Shown here: in pieces, positions 19,566 through 29,332 of the stretch
Layout of the letters: each line of letters begins with the position of its first letter
How positions within the stretch are numbered: the stretch's first letter is position 1
Virus record (IMG/VR): IMGVR_UViG_3300010412_000002
Coordinates: 1 to 64,000 of that record
Length of the DNA: 64,000 nt
Direction: 5' to 3' (one strand)
Source: a virus
Position numbers and translations under genes: made by a program
The notes under the pieces: model-generated
What the model saw: the letters and a program-made list of their open reading frames with translations, nothing else
The model's database searches: none
Told to the model about the DNA's origin: nothing

Positions 19566-20144
19566 TCACTGTTTGTGGATTGATTTAATTACCGCATCTA
19601 AAGTGTACGCCCTGTTGGTTGCCTTTATCCCCATATGATCTACTGCAAACATATATAATGCCGCTCGACCTTCCGGAGTTAAGAAGTAATCTGCAGGGTT
19701 TTCACATTTAGATGTGATATGACTGTAATGTATCATAAACTTCTTTCCAATACTAGGTGTTTGAAAAGCAGCCATGAGTTGGTTGAATATCTGTGCCTGG
19801 ATACTTGCAGTACCAGGTTTAGAATATTTATAAAAGTATTCTCGCAGTCCTAGAACAATACGCTCATTTGCATGATTGTTAGGACTAGTGATTCTGTAGT
19901 ATGCAACATCGCGTAACAAAGCAGAGCGAAAATAAGCTATGTTGTAGCGATTTCCGCTAATTGCTCTGAACAATAGGTGTGGGGTAGATTTTTCCACATG
20001 ATGTGGAATAGGGCCAAATCCCCTCCCTACTTCCAGTATTGTATCGAATTCGCCAATAGCACGTTGCCCTGATGGCACTTCTTGAATGACAATCACGGGC
20101 TTTATCTGCTCAAAGTGCATATTAGAACTTTTGAAAGGAGGCAA
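19566..20144 (-). CDS. hypothetical protein
   Basis: ORF in the operon; the start is probably 20120. Confidence 0.5.
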   Translation of the reverse strand: MPPFKSSNMHFEQIKPVIVIQEVPSGQRAIGEFDTILEVGRGFGPIPHHVEKSTPHLLFRAISGNRYNIAYFRSALLRDVAYYRITSPNNHANERIVLGLREYFYKYSKPGTASIQAQIFNQLMAAFQTPSIGKKFMIHYSHITSKCENPADYFLTPEGRAALYMFAVDHMGIKATNRAYTLDAVIKSIHKQ

Positions 20145-20718
20145 ATGGGACTGAAATTAATACTTTGTCCTGAACATTTACGCCAATCAATTGATCTGCA
20201 TGTTCAATATGCCTACTCGACTCAATTTGATGCACTACACCATTTAGAGTATACCAAATAGCTTCGAGCTGAAAATTATGCCTAGGACGAATCGACCCTA
20301 TGTACGAATTAAACAGGATGTTGAGATTGGTTTCAAGATCTTTCTCGTGCATTATGTACCGTCGTATGGCGTTGGGTTCACCTATTGGATAATACATAAA
20401 CCCTCTTCCATGTGTGGAGTCAATGAACACGTATTTATCGTGTTTACAATATTTGCCATCCATAATAAGATTATAGACGGCTCCGTATTCATTAACATGA
20501 TCCATGTGGTTAGGCAATCTGCCTGTATTTACAAATGCATCGACTTTTTTCTTTCTGACCTTAAAGGGCCAACAATATGCAGGCCAAAAGAATTCAGGAT
20601 ATAAGCTTTCCTTATCTTGGAGGATAAAAGATAACGTTTCCTGTGGGCTTGCTATATTCTCTGCTACCCATCCTTTTATTCGTAACTTCAATCCTATTGG
20701 GGCAAAAACAAATTTCAT
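20122..20718 (-). CDS. hypothetical protein
   Basis: 198-aa ORF in the operon. Confidence 0.5.
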   Translation of the reverse strand: MKFVFAPIGLKLRIKGWVAENIASPQETLSFILQDKESLYPEFFWPAYCWPFKVRKKKVDAFVNTGRLPNHMDHVNEYGAVYNLIMDGKYCKHDKYVFIDSTHGRGFMYYPIGEPNAIRRYIMHEKDLETNLNILFNSYIGSIRPRHNFQLEAIWYTLNGVVHQIESSRHIEHADQLIGVNVQDKVLISVPFASFQKF

Positions 20719-20851
20719 AGTAAGGATGTAGGGGGGATTTTACTCCCCCCAATTTAAAGTGTTAACCATCAGGTCCGCGGCATATTTCAGCCGTGTGTTC
20801 CTTTTCGCCGTCATCGAATGCCGTCATACCAATTGCGTACCTTCCTTTTAA

Positions 20852-20912
20852 TCGGTTGGGTGAGATTCGAACTCACACAGTGCATGCGTGGCAAGCATGC
20901 CCACATTCTCCG
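20852..20912 (-). tRNA. tRNA-Gly(GCC)-like element lacking a D-arm (pseudo-tRNA or 3' fragment)
   Basis: Anticodon arm GCATGC-TTGCCAC-GCATGC, T-arm GTGAG-TTCGAAT-CTCAC, then CCAACCG; no canonical 5' acceptor strand or D-arm. Confidence 0.5.
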
Positions 20913-20919
20913 GCACATC

Positions 20920-22386
20920 CTACTTTTTTCTGATTTGACTTTGCCGAGTCGGAATAGAAATTGTGGTCTTTTTAGTAGCCACTTCTTTCAGAGCTTGTTC
21001 GAGGCCAGCTTGGGTAATACCCGAGTTGACGATTAGCTCAAATACGGAGCTCGTGAGGTACGTCCGCCCTTCTTGAATTTCTCCGCTAAGGATTTGCGGG
21101 GGCTTGACGATATCTGCGAGCTCATTGTACAGGCTCAATGCTTCCGAAGTCGTTAGCTCCGGAAAGTTCAGGGTTACACTCTTCCTGCCAGGCCGTAGGA
21201 TATCTGCTGGTACCTTGTCCAGGTCACGATTGACGGACAATACCAGTACGCATCGCATGTGCTTTTTGAGTTGGCCGTCCATGAGGGACAGTAGCGATTG
21301 CGTAAGATCCGTATTTTCCAAAACACCGACCGCATCGTCAATGAAGATGACGCGGAGTTTATCGTTGTTATGGCTGGACCAGCTTAGCTGGAGTCTCCGT
21401 CCTTCCGGCCCTACGAAGAGAGCCAGATCATCGCCAGTTCCGTAGATAACTTCGGCTACCTTATCAGGTTGCTTGCCGAGATATTCCTGCAGAAAGGCGA
21501 GGAAAGCAGTTTTGCCGCTGCCAGGGTCACCCTTAATGAAAACGGTGGATTGGTCCTCTATGATGGCTTTGTCCGCCAGGAGTTCCAGAGCTTTTTGTTG
21601 ATCAATGACCCACGTTGTACCGTGGTATTCAAGCTCAAGATTTCGCTGCGAAGTGAGCGGATAATATCCTGTAGTCGGCGGCGCATCAATTTGTTGGACC
21701 ATGAGGCCGTCCATATGATCATACACGTAACGGGAAATGTGGGCGGAGCTTTTGCGCATCTCCTTCCATGTATCGGGCAATCGTGTTTTGGTGATCAAGG
21801 ATTCAATGAAGTCCCTTTTCACCTCGTAACCATTTTGACCGATGAGAAAACATCCCTGTATGATCAGCTTCATGAAGGCTTCACCGGATTGAGTATACCG
21901 GATGTATTGTTTGAAGCCTTCGGGAACGAACGGCTCGGAGACTGGAAGTTCTGCTACCCGGAATGCGAATGTGAAGACTTTCTGTCCTTTCCACACTCGG
22001 AGCAGGCCTGCAACCATATCACTGTCTTTCCGGATTTCGTTCTCGTAAATCCCCCGAATGAGGATTACCCGATCACCAAAGGCTTTGATTTCCTTGATGA
22101 CTTCTTCGAGAACAAAGTTTCCATCCATCAACAGTTCTTGGTTCATATCCCCAGCAGATGCTAACCGCGCGGCTTTCAGCAAGTCTCCAATACTGTACTT
22201 GCTTGGGTCCAGCACTTCTGAGGTAACGGTGCTCAACTGGGGATGGTTACTCCCCAGAAGCTTTTCGAGCAATGCCATGGTGGTGATCTGATTCGACTTA
22301 CGAGCCTGGCGTAAAGACATCCAAGCTACAGCAAGCAAAAGCAAGAATCCAGCCACGATCATGGCGGCGATGGTGTTGTCGCTCAT
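20920..22386 (-). CDS. membrane-anchored AAA+ ATPase
   Basis: N-terminal TM; Walker A GDPGSGKT; Walker B IFIDD; LLSLMDG; arginine finger ILRPGR. Confidence 0.8.
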   Translation of the reverse strand: MSDNTIAAMIVAGFLLLLAVAWMSLRQARKSNQITTMALLEKLLGSNHPQLSTVTSEVLDPSKYSIGDLLKAARLASAGDMNQELLMDGNFVLEEVIKEIKAFGDRVILIRGIYENEIRKDSDMVAGLLRVWKGQKVFTFAFRVAELPVSEPFVPEGFKQYIRYTQSGEAFMKLIIQGCFLIGQNGYEVKRDFIESLITKTRLPDTWKEMRKSSAHISRYVYDHMDGLMVQQIDAPPTTGYYPLTSQRNLELEYHGTTWVIDQQKALELLADKAIIEDQSTVFIKGDPGSGKTAFLAFLQEYLGKQPDKVAEVIYGTGDDLALFVGPEGRRLQLSWSSHNNDKLRVIFIDDAVGVLENTDLTQSLLSLMDGQLKKHMRCVLVLSVNRDLDKVPADILRPGRKSVTLNFPELTTSEALSLYNELADIVKPPQILSGEIQEGRTYLTSSVFELIVNSGITQAGLEQALKEVATKKTTISIPTRQSQIRKK

Positions 22387-22892
22387 GTCAAGAATTTTCG
22401 AATCCTCTTAAGCTTACGTATGTAATTCTCATCTTCAGCGTATTTCCACTTTAGAAGGAAGTCATAGTAATCTTCTTCGGATGCAATTTTACCATATTTG
22501 CTTTCATACCTAGGCATGTATTTATTCTGCCATTCAATATAATCCAGCAAACATTCAACATCAGACTTAAATATAGCGTGGCCATATCTTGTCCCAATAC
22601 AATATGTTTTACGATATTGGGCGCATTTTAAGCCGAGCCAGTTATGATTTTCAGCAAATATAGGATTGGTCGGATTGAACCAACCTGTCTCCAAAATGCC
22701 TTGAGAGAGCACAATTTGCGGATATTCTAATCCAGCAGCTTCTAGAGATGCATATTTTGAATTAGAATTCTCCACAAATTGCTCTACTCTCCTTTCACCA
22801 TCATAACTCATTCTTAGAAGGCTCAAAGTGATGATCAAATAGATCGACCACTTTTTAACCGTTCTATTTCTTCGTGAAACAGAAGAGGCCAT
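22383..22892 (-). CDS. glucosaminidase (GH73-like) with signal/TM segment
   Basis: QGILETGWF, NWLGLK and YAEDENY motifs; start reassigned to 22892. Confidence 0.75.
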   Translation of the reverse strand: MASSVSRRNRTVKKWSIYLIITLSLLRMSYDGERRVEQFVENSNSKYASLEAAGLEYPQIVLSQGILETGWFNPTNPIFAENHNWLGLKCAQYRKTYCIGTRYGHAIFKSDVECLLDYIEWQNKYMPRYESKYGKIASEEDYYDFLLKWKYAEDENYIRKLKRIRKFLT

Positions 22893-23556
22893 TATCGGTG
22901 CACCCGATGAGTTCGCCTTTGAAATGCCCGCCCAGTCCGGCGACGTTGTCATCCAAAGAAGACTGCGGTTTGACTGCTGCCAAAACCTCATTAAAAGTTT
23001 TGGTCTGCACAGTTCCAGCATACAGTTCTTGGATATCGTTCAGGATTTCGACACGCGGGTCGGAACTGCGGATACCAATTATTTGTGCAGTATAGAAGGT
23101 GACTCCTCCTGCTCCCGGATTTTCGATTGGTGCAAATTCCACAGATGCACCGATGTGCATTTTGCTGCGGAATGGCGCCCGGATAGCATTGGAGTAGGCT
23201 TGCACCTGGCCCAGAGGTCCATCAATTTTGAAGATCTGACGATCCGGTCCTTTGGCGATGACGTCGGCTACGACCCCGATATAGGTCTCAGCCTCATCGT
23301 AGAAGCGGGCCTTTGCGGCGTTGTTTGCCAAGGTTTGTACATCGGTAGTTGGATCAGTCAGCGTATTCGTATCCTTCTCCTTGGGTTTGTCCGTCTGAGG
23401 TGTGTCCTCTTTCGGTTTTTCCTGTTTGGGAGGAGGTGTAGGAGTAGTGGACTGGGGCGGCTTATTCTGCTGCGGCTTGGGCTTCGGTTTCTTTTCATCC
23501 AGTTTTACTGGAGTTGTCGCTTGACCCAAGTTGAATTTGAATGGACGAGTTGCCAT
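22864..23556 (-). CDS. Pro/Lys-rich protein with possible cold-shock-like OB fold
   Basis: Low-complexity N-terminus, then YIGVV...FKIDG...MHIGASVEF...TAQIIGI beta pattern. Confidence 0.45.
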   Translation of the reverse strand: MATRPFKFNLGQATTPVKLDEKKPKPKPQQNKPPQSTTPTPPPKQEKPKEDTPQTDKPKEKDTNTLTDPTTDVQTLANNAAKARFYDEAETYIGVVADVIAKGPDRQIFKIDGPLGQVQAYSNAIRAPFRSKMHIGASVEFAPIENPGAGGVTFYTAQIIGIRSSDPRVEILNDIQELYAGTVQTKTFNEVLAAVKPQSSLDDNVAGLGGHFKGELIGCTDNGLFCFTKK

Positions 23557-23599
23557 TGGTACTTATTTGAGATTCACAAATGACTTTAATTCTGGTAGG

Positions 23600-24349
23600 T
23601 TACTGCCCCAGCCGGGTAAACCCTTCGCCACCCAAGTGGCAGGCCACATAGTAGCTCGGGTCCAGGTAGAGGCAGAGTTCGTTGATGCGATTGAGATTGC
23701 TCTCTTTGATGGTGCTTACGCACCGCAGGATTTCCGCTCCAAATGCGGCCAGAGGCAGGTAGTTGGCGCTGATAAATCGCCCGTTTACCTCGGCATGTAC
23801 CTGTTCCATTTCCTCCTCGGAAACGTTTTTCATGTCTGCCACGATAGCCGTCAGATCTGCATAGAGATCCGTATTGACCTTGATGGCAGCCTTAGCATAG
23901 TTGAGGAGATCATCTGCCGGAGCGTAGAACGGAGTGCCTTCGCCCTTGTATGGCGGAGTAACCATGAGCTTCTCGATGACGAGAGCCGTGATTTTCTCCC
24001 GGATGGCGTCGATAGCAACCGTATTCGGAGATTGGGTCATGATCAGCCCTACCAAAGAGGTAAAAGCTTCATCGGCGGCTCCATCATCCTGGGTAGATTG
24101 CTCTTCGAGCATATTCAACCATTGCGGGCGAAGAACGCTGGCATCGAGCTGATTTTGGGTATACTCCTGCAATTCTGCAAGATAATTCCATCCCAATTCG
24201 GAATACATATACAGCATTCCGATCAGCTGCGTCATAGCCTGCGGTGGCTTGGGGAGCAGGCACTGGTCCACTTGTTCGGTAACATCACCATGTTGGGAGG
24301 TTACAGTAACCCCTGTGGTGGTGTTCTTGGTTTGCACGATTTGTGCCAT
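23600..24349 (-). CDS. hypothetical protein (helical, acidic)
   Basis: 249-aa ORF with strong codon bias (open antisense frame). Confidence 0.6.
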   Translation of the reverse strand: MAQIVQTKNTTTGVTVTSQHGDVTEQVDQCLLPKPPQAMTQLIGMLYMYSELGWNYLAELQEYTQNQLDASVLRPQWLNMLEEQSTQDDGAADEAFTSLVGLIMTQSPNTVAIDAIREKITALVIEKLMVTPPYKGEGTPFYAPADDLLNYAKAAIKVNTDLYADLTAIVADMKNVSEEEMEQVHAEVNGRFISANYLPLAAFGAEILRCVSTIKESNLNRINELCLYLDPSYYVACHLGGEGFTRLGQ

Positions 24350-24352
24350 TGT

Positions 24353-24772
24353 TTACTTTTTTTTACTTTTATGTAAACCGACTACAATGTACGGGAACAT
24401 TTGTTCCCATGTTTCGCGTGAAATCACAGAATGTTCTGTTACAGTTGGTTTCTGCAACATCTGTAGCGTTTCGTTCAGAAAGAGAAGGGACAATCCTTCA
24501 CTTTCAAAGGCTTTTAATACCTCATTTACGTATTCACCTTCCGGTCGACAAAACAAGTCTGCCTTCTTCATTAGGGTGAAGACATAATAGTTTGCCAATT
24601 TGGTGTAATAGTAGTCAGGATCTGGAGTGAAGGTTCGGATCAACCACAAAGCGGTTTTTTGCCGTATTGGTTTTGAAACCTTCTCCCAATCCTTCCGAAT
24701 CATACCCCACATAGGGGATAGATACTTTCTCACCCAATTTCTGAGCGAGTTGGTAATGCTTGATTTGGTCAT
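24353..24772 (-). CDS. hypothetical protein
   Basis: 139-aa ORF in the operon. Confidence 0.5.
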   Translation of the reverse strand: MTKSSITNSLRNWVRKYLSPMWGMIRKDWEKVSKPIRQKTALWLIRTFTPDPDYYYTKLANYYVFTLMKKADLFCRPEGEYVNEVLKAFESEGLSLLFLNETLQMLQKPTVTEHSVISRETWEQMFPYIVVGLHKSKKK

Positions 24773-25015
24773 TTCCTAGAATATATATGAAAGTTGGAGT
24801 AACTAATACCATTAAGCCAAGCATCTGTAATTTCAGTGTACGAGGTATTGGGGTCTCTACGGAGGGAGACGAAACCAAACACATGGCCGTCTCCCTTCCA
24901 TAAAGTACCTTCTCAATCCGAACTAACACATTTGGCTGGTGTCGAAGAACACATTCTTTGTAACCTTCGATTGTTTTCGGGGTCACCAGCGTTACAATAC
25001 CTTGAATTGTTCGGA

Positions 25016-25618
25016 TCATAACTGCGATCGAAATTTACGGTGTTCCTCTACGATATATTTCGAGAGGATTTCCTCCAGCTGTTCTCTGGGTAGATTTTTG
25101 TCTAGGGGGTAAGTTTGTTCAAGACTATCAGCTAAGATAGCTTGTTGCTGCGCTGTGAGTTTCGGTGCAGCGTAGTTACAGTACCCCACTTTCCCTGTTG
25201 CTGGATTGCTTTCGAAGTAAACTGTGTCTGTGCGGTACACCACTTCTACCTCGCCTGTATTGAGATAATAAGTGAAGTCCGCACGTCGGCGGTAAATGGC
25301 TTTTTCTGTAGCAGGTGGACAAAGCGCTTTTACGCGTTTTACCACAATACTGTCTACAATGCCTTGTGAGCCCACAATAAACTTGCTTTCTTCCTGGAAG
25401 TCTTCAACAATGTTGTAAACCTCTGTGGTAACTTCATCCTTAAGAGGAATGAAGTGCAGTACTGCGGTAATTCCGGCATCTAGCCATTTTTCTGGGATAA
25501 GTACCCCAATGATGATTAAGGAGATGAAGATGAAGCCCATATAGTAGGCGAATCTTATGATCCCCCGTACTAGCTTGACTCCATCTTTTGCCATCTCCTT
25601 CAGTAGTGGTTCAGTCAT
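25016..25618 (-). CDS. membrane-anchored hypothetical protein
   Basis: N-terminal TM FAYYMGFIFISLIIIGVLI. Confidence 0.55.
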   Translation of the reverse strand: MTEPLLKEMAKDGVKLVRGIIRFAYYMGFIFISLIIIGVLIPEKWLDAGITAVLHFIPLKDEVTTEVYNIVEDFQEESKFIVGSQGIVDSIVVKRVKALCPPATEKAIYRRRADFTYYLNTGEVEVVYRTDTVYFESNPATGKVGYCNYAAPKLTAQQQAILADSLEQTYPLDKNLPREQLEEILSKYIVEEHRKFRSQL

Positions 25619-26378
25619 TCGTGACTGCGTGTTGGTAAATGATTAGCCCGAGGCCAAAGATCTGTAGCTCGATGTCGCTCATTCCATGAAGCGTTTCCGC
25701 CAAATGGAACTTGTTCTCGAGTGCTATCAGTTTGTTGGCATATTCAGGATCGCTGGCATAACCAGCGGCTTTAACTGCTCGGGCTAGCTCTTTAAAGTTC
25801 TTTACTTTACGGAAGCGTTTTTGATACCGTTCCTTTTTGAGAACTTTGCCGTGGTCGTAGTAACCCTCTTCTGTGGTTGAGTATACCCGGAAATGATCAT
25901 CTGGGTGATCGTCTTTATAATTGACGCATTTACCCGCGGCTTCACATTTCCTGTGGTCACGTTTTCCGTTGGGAAGTTTTCCCGACCCAAAGCATTTGAT
26001 TCCGAAATGGTTATTGTACTTGTTCGACAGCTTACTTCCACCTTTTGCTGCCCCGCTTTCAAGTAGTCCTTGATACAGGGTGAGAGTGATATCGGTGCCA
26101 TTGACTTTGTAGTCATTATAAGCTGCGGTAAAGTTGCCAACTATGTATTTTAGCTGGTTTTGTTCCCCTTCGTTGAGGAATCCAGTTCCTGTCCAGGCAC
26201 CCGTTTCTGCCCCCCACACATATTCACGTGCTTGAATGTGAGCTTTGGTATGAACCTCCCATCCATTCAAGATGTTCGGTTCTTCGTGGTAGGTGCCAAT
26301 TGCAGCCATGTTGATAATAACCATACCAAACAGTAACAACAGGGGAGTTGTCAGTTTGGACAAAAGAATCTTTTTCAT
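25611..26378 (-). CDS. glucosaminidase/muramidase (GH73, FlgJ-like) with N-terminal TM
   Basis: QGLLESG, NNHFGIK, FRVYST and AGYASDPEYANKL motifs. Confidence 0.9.
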   Translation of the reverse strand: MKKILLSKLTTPLLLLFGMVIINMAAIGTYHEEPNILNGWEVHTKAHIQAREYVWGAETGAWTGTGFLNEGEQNQLKYIVGNFTAAYNDYKVNGTDITLTLYQGLLESGAAKGGSKLSNKYNNHFGIKCFGSGKLPNGKRDHRKCEAAGKCVNYKDDHPDDHFRVYSTTEEGYYDHGKVLKKERYQKRFRKVKNFKELARAVKAAGYASDPEYANKLIALENKFHLAETLHGMSDIELQIFGLGLIIYQHAVTND

Positions 26379-27019
26379 TTGTGTGCAAAAATTGGTGAAG
26401 AAAGACTTGAATGTTTACCGTCAGTGGTTTTCAAACGTTGTTTTTGCAGGTAATGGAATAACGAAGGGACAATTCCTTGTTTTTCATTCATACCTCTCGC
26501 CAGCAGCTTTTTGAGATACCCGAGGTGTTCGAACATCTTGTACATCGGGTGCTTCGAACTGTATAATGCCTTTACAAAATTATTAAGGTCATTTTCAGTT
26601 TCAATTTGCATGATGATAGAGATGGTCTCCGGGTCATCGAGATACCCAAATGCTACTTCCAATAGTTTTTTCGCTTTGTTCATGAATATCAAAACGGGTG
26701 TTGCGGCATCCAATACAAATACCTTGGTGCTATTGGAAATCTTCTGCTGTGTGATTTGATCCTTACGAGGAACCATGACAATATCGTTGGCAATATAAAT
26801 GCCAGGATCAGAACTTTCTTTGAGATCCCGGATTTGATATACCACGATTTGTCCTTTGTTGGATGGGATTATTTGATCCCCTTTGTAGCCATCTACGGCC
26901 GGAAATACATCTACTATACGTGATGTGTAGTAGACTTCTTCCGCCATGGTATGTTGCTCCAACAGCTGTGCAGTACCCTTGATGGTACCGTTGTTCGTCT
27001 GATAGAATGTTATGAGCAT
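26375..27019 (-). CDS. hypothetical protein
   Basis: 214-aa ORF in the operon. Confidence 0.5.
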   Translation of the reverse strand: MLITFYQTNNGTIKGTAQLLEQHTMAEEVYYTSRIVDVFPAVDGYKGDQIIPSNKGQIVVYQIRDLKESSDPGIYIANDIVMVPRKDQITQQKISNSTKVFVLDAATPVLIFMNKAKKLLEVAFGYLDDPETISIIMQIETENDLNNFVKALYSSKHPMYKMFEHLGYLKKLLARGMNEKQGIVPSLFHYLQKQRLKTTDGKHSSLSSPIFAHK

Positions 27020-27020
27020 A

Positions 27021-27494
27021 CTACGCCCTTAGCAACGACAGCAAATCTGCGAGAGAAAAGCTATCGTCTAGTTTGCAAATGGTCTTGACCCCTACCATAG
27101 TAAATGGGTCAAATTGCAGATCCGTAAATTCTGCAGTGACTGTTACGTCACCAGCGTTGCTGACGTGAAAGACAATTTGTCTTCCGGCTTCCATAACAAT
27201 GTTTGCTATTGCATTCATTGCCATTTGGTCCATCGTTACATGTGTAGTTTTTTCGGACGTGAACGCGGCCACAATTGCGTTTTCCCAGTTTTTCATCATC
27301 TCAATTTGCCCAGGGAGTAGTTCCCTTAAGCTAGGATCAAGCTGGTTTTGGAAATCGGGATCTTCTTCTGCCATATAAGCCATTACATAGCTATCTTTAG
27401 GCTGAAGTCTTAGGCCTACGCTTTGCAGCCGCTCTTTGGCTGCTTTTACGTCACTTGTGCCGATGATCTCAAGAAGTTCCTCGTACGATTTCAT
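27021..27494 (-). CDS. hypothetical protein
   Basis: 157-aa ORF in the operon. Confidence 0.5.
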   Translation of the reverse strand: MKSYEELLEIIGTSDVKAAKERLQSVGLRLQPKDSYVMAYMAEEDPDFQNQLDPSLRELLPGQIEMMKNWENAIVAAFTSEKTTHVTMDQMAMNAIANIVMEAGRQIVFHVSNAGDVTVTAEFTDLQFDPFTMVGVKTICKLDDSFSLADLLSLLRA

Positions 27495-27988
27495 TGGGCG
27501 AAGAACTTGGCATAGAGATCTGCAGGAACAATACGTCCCTTTTTGACTGGAATGTCGTTTGCTTCACAAAATTGCGAAATCAACATTGTTCTCTCTCCAT
27601 ACTTGTTGGAGACGTTCGGGATAGAAACGTTTTTGATGTCCACCGGAGTGTTCATAAGCGATTCCATCAGTACTTGTGCGAGTTCCGGAACTTCACTTTC
27701 CTCTTCTTCTGCTTTGTCCTCTTCTTGAGGGGATTCGTTGGCGGGTTCTGCGAACGTGTCAGCATTGTACTTATTGTACAGTTCCACGAGCTTACGGAGT
27801 ACGTCTTGGTTTTTATCAATGTACTCCTGGGATGCCGATCCATCAAGCAGCTTTTTCAAGAGGGCTTTATTTTCCGGAAGTTCGGTCATCACAGGCGCAA
27901 ACTCCATTATATGAGCTGCGCTGGTTTTTTCCAACCATTCCAAAGTCAAGCCTTCAGGTATCTGCACCTTCTGGGTTTCGAAAATCAT
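27491..27988 (-). CDS. hypothetical acidic protein with possible C-terminal DNA-binding motif
   Basis: Start MIFETQ; the C-terminus FCEANDIPVKKGRIVPADLYAKF loosely resembles an Lsr2-type DNA-binding tail. Confidence 0.5.
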   Translation of the reverse strand: MIFETQKVQIPEGLTLEWLEKTSAAHIMEFAPVMTELPENKALLKKLLDGSASQEYIDKNQDVLRKLVELYNKYNADTFAEPANESPQEEDKAEEEESEVPELAQVLMESLMNTPVDIKNVSIPNVSNKYGERTMLISQFCEANDIPVKKGRIVPADLYAKFFAQ

Positions 27989-28024
27989 GGTATTTGATTT
28001 AAGAATGAAAAAAACTCTCTCCAC

Positions 28025-28276
28025 CTAAGTACCACAAAGAGAGTAAGAGGGGCGTGTGGTAAGAGTCACCATTGGCAGTTAGGAATCCAGTCTACTGTAG
28101 TTCCAATGCTCTTGTGCTGTCCCCATTATCGCGTGGTCTTTTAAGATTGCGCAGTCAATCCTCCCACGTCGTTTTTCTGCGAAGCCAGATAAGCAGTTCA
28201 TGTGCTGATGTAGCAGTCTAAGATACAAGCTGGATATCACTTTATACCCGTTAGTCTTCTCGACTTGACCTTTGCA
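28025..28276 (-). ncRNA. candidate structured intergenic RNA (about 250 nt)
   Basis: ORF-free; seven consecutive stem-loops visible by eye (see findings). Confidence 0.45.
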
Positions 28277-29332
28277 CTACACTATATCCATGAAATAGCT
28301 TATGGCTGACTGTAATTCTTCTGCCATACTATGGCCACTGCGAAAGTTCACAGCGCCAAAATAGTTGAAGTCTGAATTTTTGGTATCCTTGGTCCCTATG
28401 TAGGATAATTTTTCTGGGGGCATGTAACGACTTTCTTCTAATAATGCTACTAATTTGATCTCAACGTCAGTTAAGTAACTGTTGTACACGTCTTGATCTC
28501 CAAAGTAGAGAATTAAATCGTAAGTACGTGATTCGAGTTTTTTCGCTACTACTGGATACGTATCAAAGTTAAGATGCCCGTTGAAATTCTCAGAATAATC
28601 CAAGGATATTTCTGGATATTTTGCAAGCATCTTGCCCAAAGCCCTAGTAATAGGAATTAACTCAGAACATGAACCACTATGATCCACAGATAACAGAACA
28701 TCTTTAAGTGGACCCAGGATAGGTTTTGATAGATATGGCTCGAAGTCACCTCCACCTAAAAAATGCTGCATGAAAGGCTTGATTTGAATACCACGCCCTA
28801 CTACTGCAGTTTTACTTCCTCCGCCTACTTTGTTAGTTGTAGCTAACGCAGATATGAAGGGAGCATAGGTACGAATATCTAAGTCTAATGCTTCACCGGG
28901 CATTGATGGACCTAAACGTCCTTGGTTAAAGGAATTAGGATTACCATCTTTGCTATCAAGATCTGTATTCTGGGCGCTTTCACTGAACTTTCTGTCCTTC
29001 TTAGCGTCCTTATGTATCTTACGAAGCATCTTTTTACGTTCTTTTAACCATTTGGAACGTGATTGCCCAAGTTGATTGCCAGGACGTTTCATTTGACTAT
29101 AGACTCGCCATCCTTTAGATAAGAGGTCCTTTATTTCTTTCTGGCCTAAATCCAGATGTACTTTTGCATCAGATAGTCGTTTCGAAGTCCTAACCGGAAT
29201 ATGTCGGATTTTCTTTCTATCCGGGGATATTAAAACAACATCCCTATATCCACGTGTTTCCTTTGTTGCAGGAGTTGACTTCTCAGGCTTGTTACGCCTT
29301 CCCCAGTTCAGTTCGAAGGGCGGAAGCCACAT
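28277..29332 (-). CDS. von Willebrand factor A (MIDAS) domain protein
   Basis: LLSVDHSGSC (DxSxS) and LILYFGD; adjacent to a MoxR ATPase. Confidence 0.7.
   Translation of the reverse strand: MWLPPFELNWGRRNKPEKSTPATKETRGYRDVVLISPDRKKIRHIPVRTSKRLSDAKVHLDLGQKEIKDLLSKGWRVYSQMKRPGNQLGQSRSKWLKERKKMLRKIHKDAKKDRKFSESAQNTDLDSKDGNPNSFNQGRLGPSMPGEALDLDIRTYAPFISALATTNKVGGGSKTAVVGRGIQIKPFMQHFLGGGDFEPYLSKPILGPLKDVLLSVDHSGSCSELIPITRALGKMLAKYPEISLDYSENFNGHLNFDTYPVVAKKLESRTYDLILYFGDQDVYNSYLTDVEIKLVALLEESRYMPPEKLSYIGTKDTKNSDFNYFGAVNFRSGHSMAEELQSAISYFMDIV

Noticed and set aside
21104-24376. Long plus-strand ORFs (21469..22164, 22924..23583, 23531..24376)
   Set aside because: They are antisense shadows of codon-biased minus-strand genes, with no motifs.
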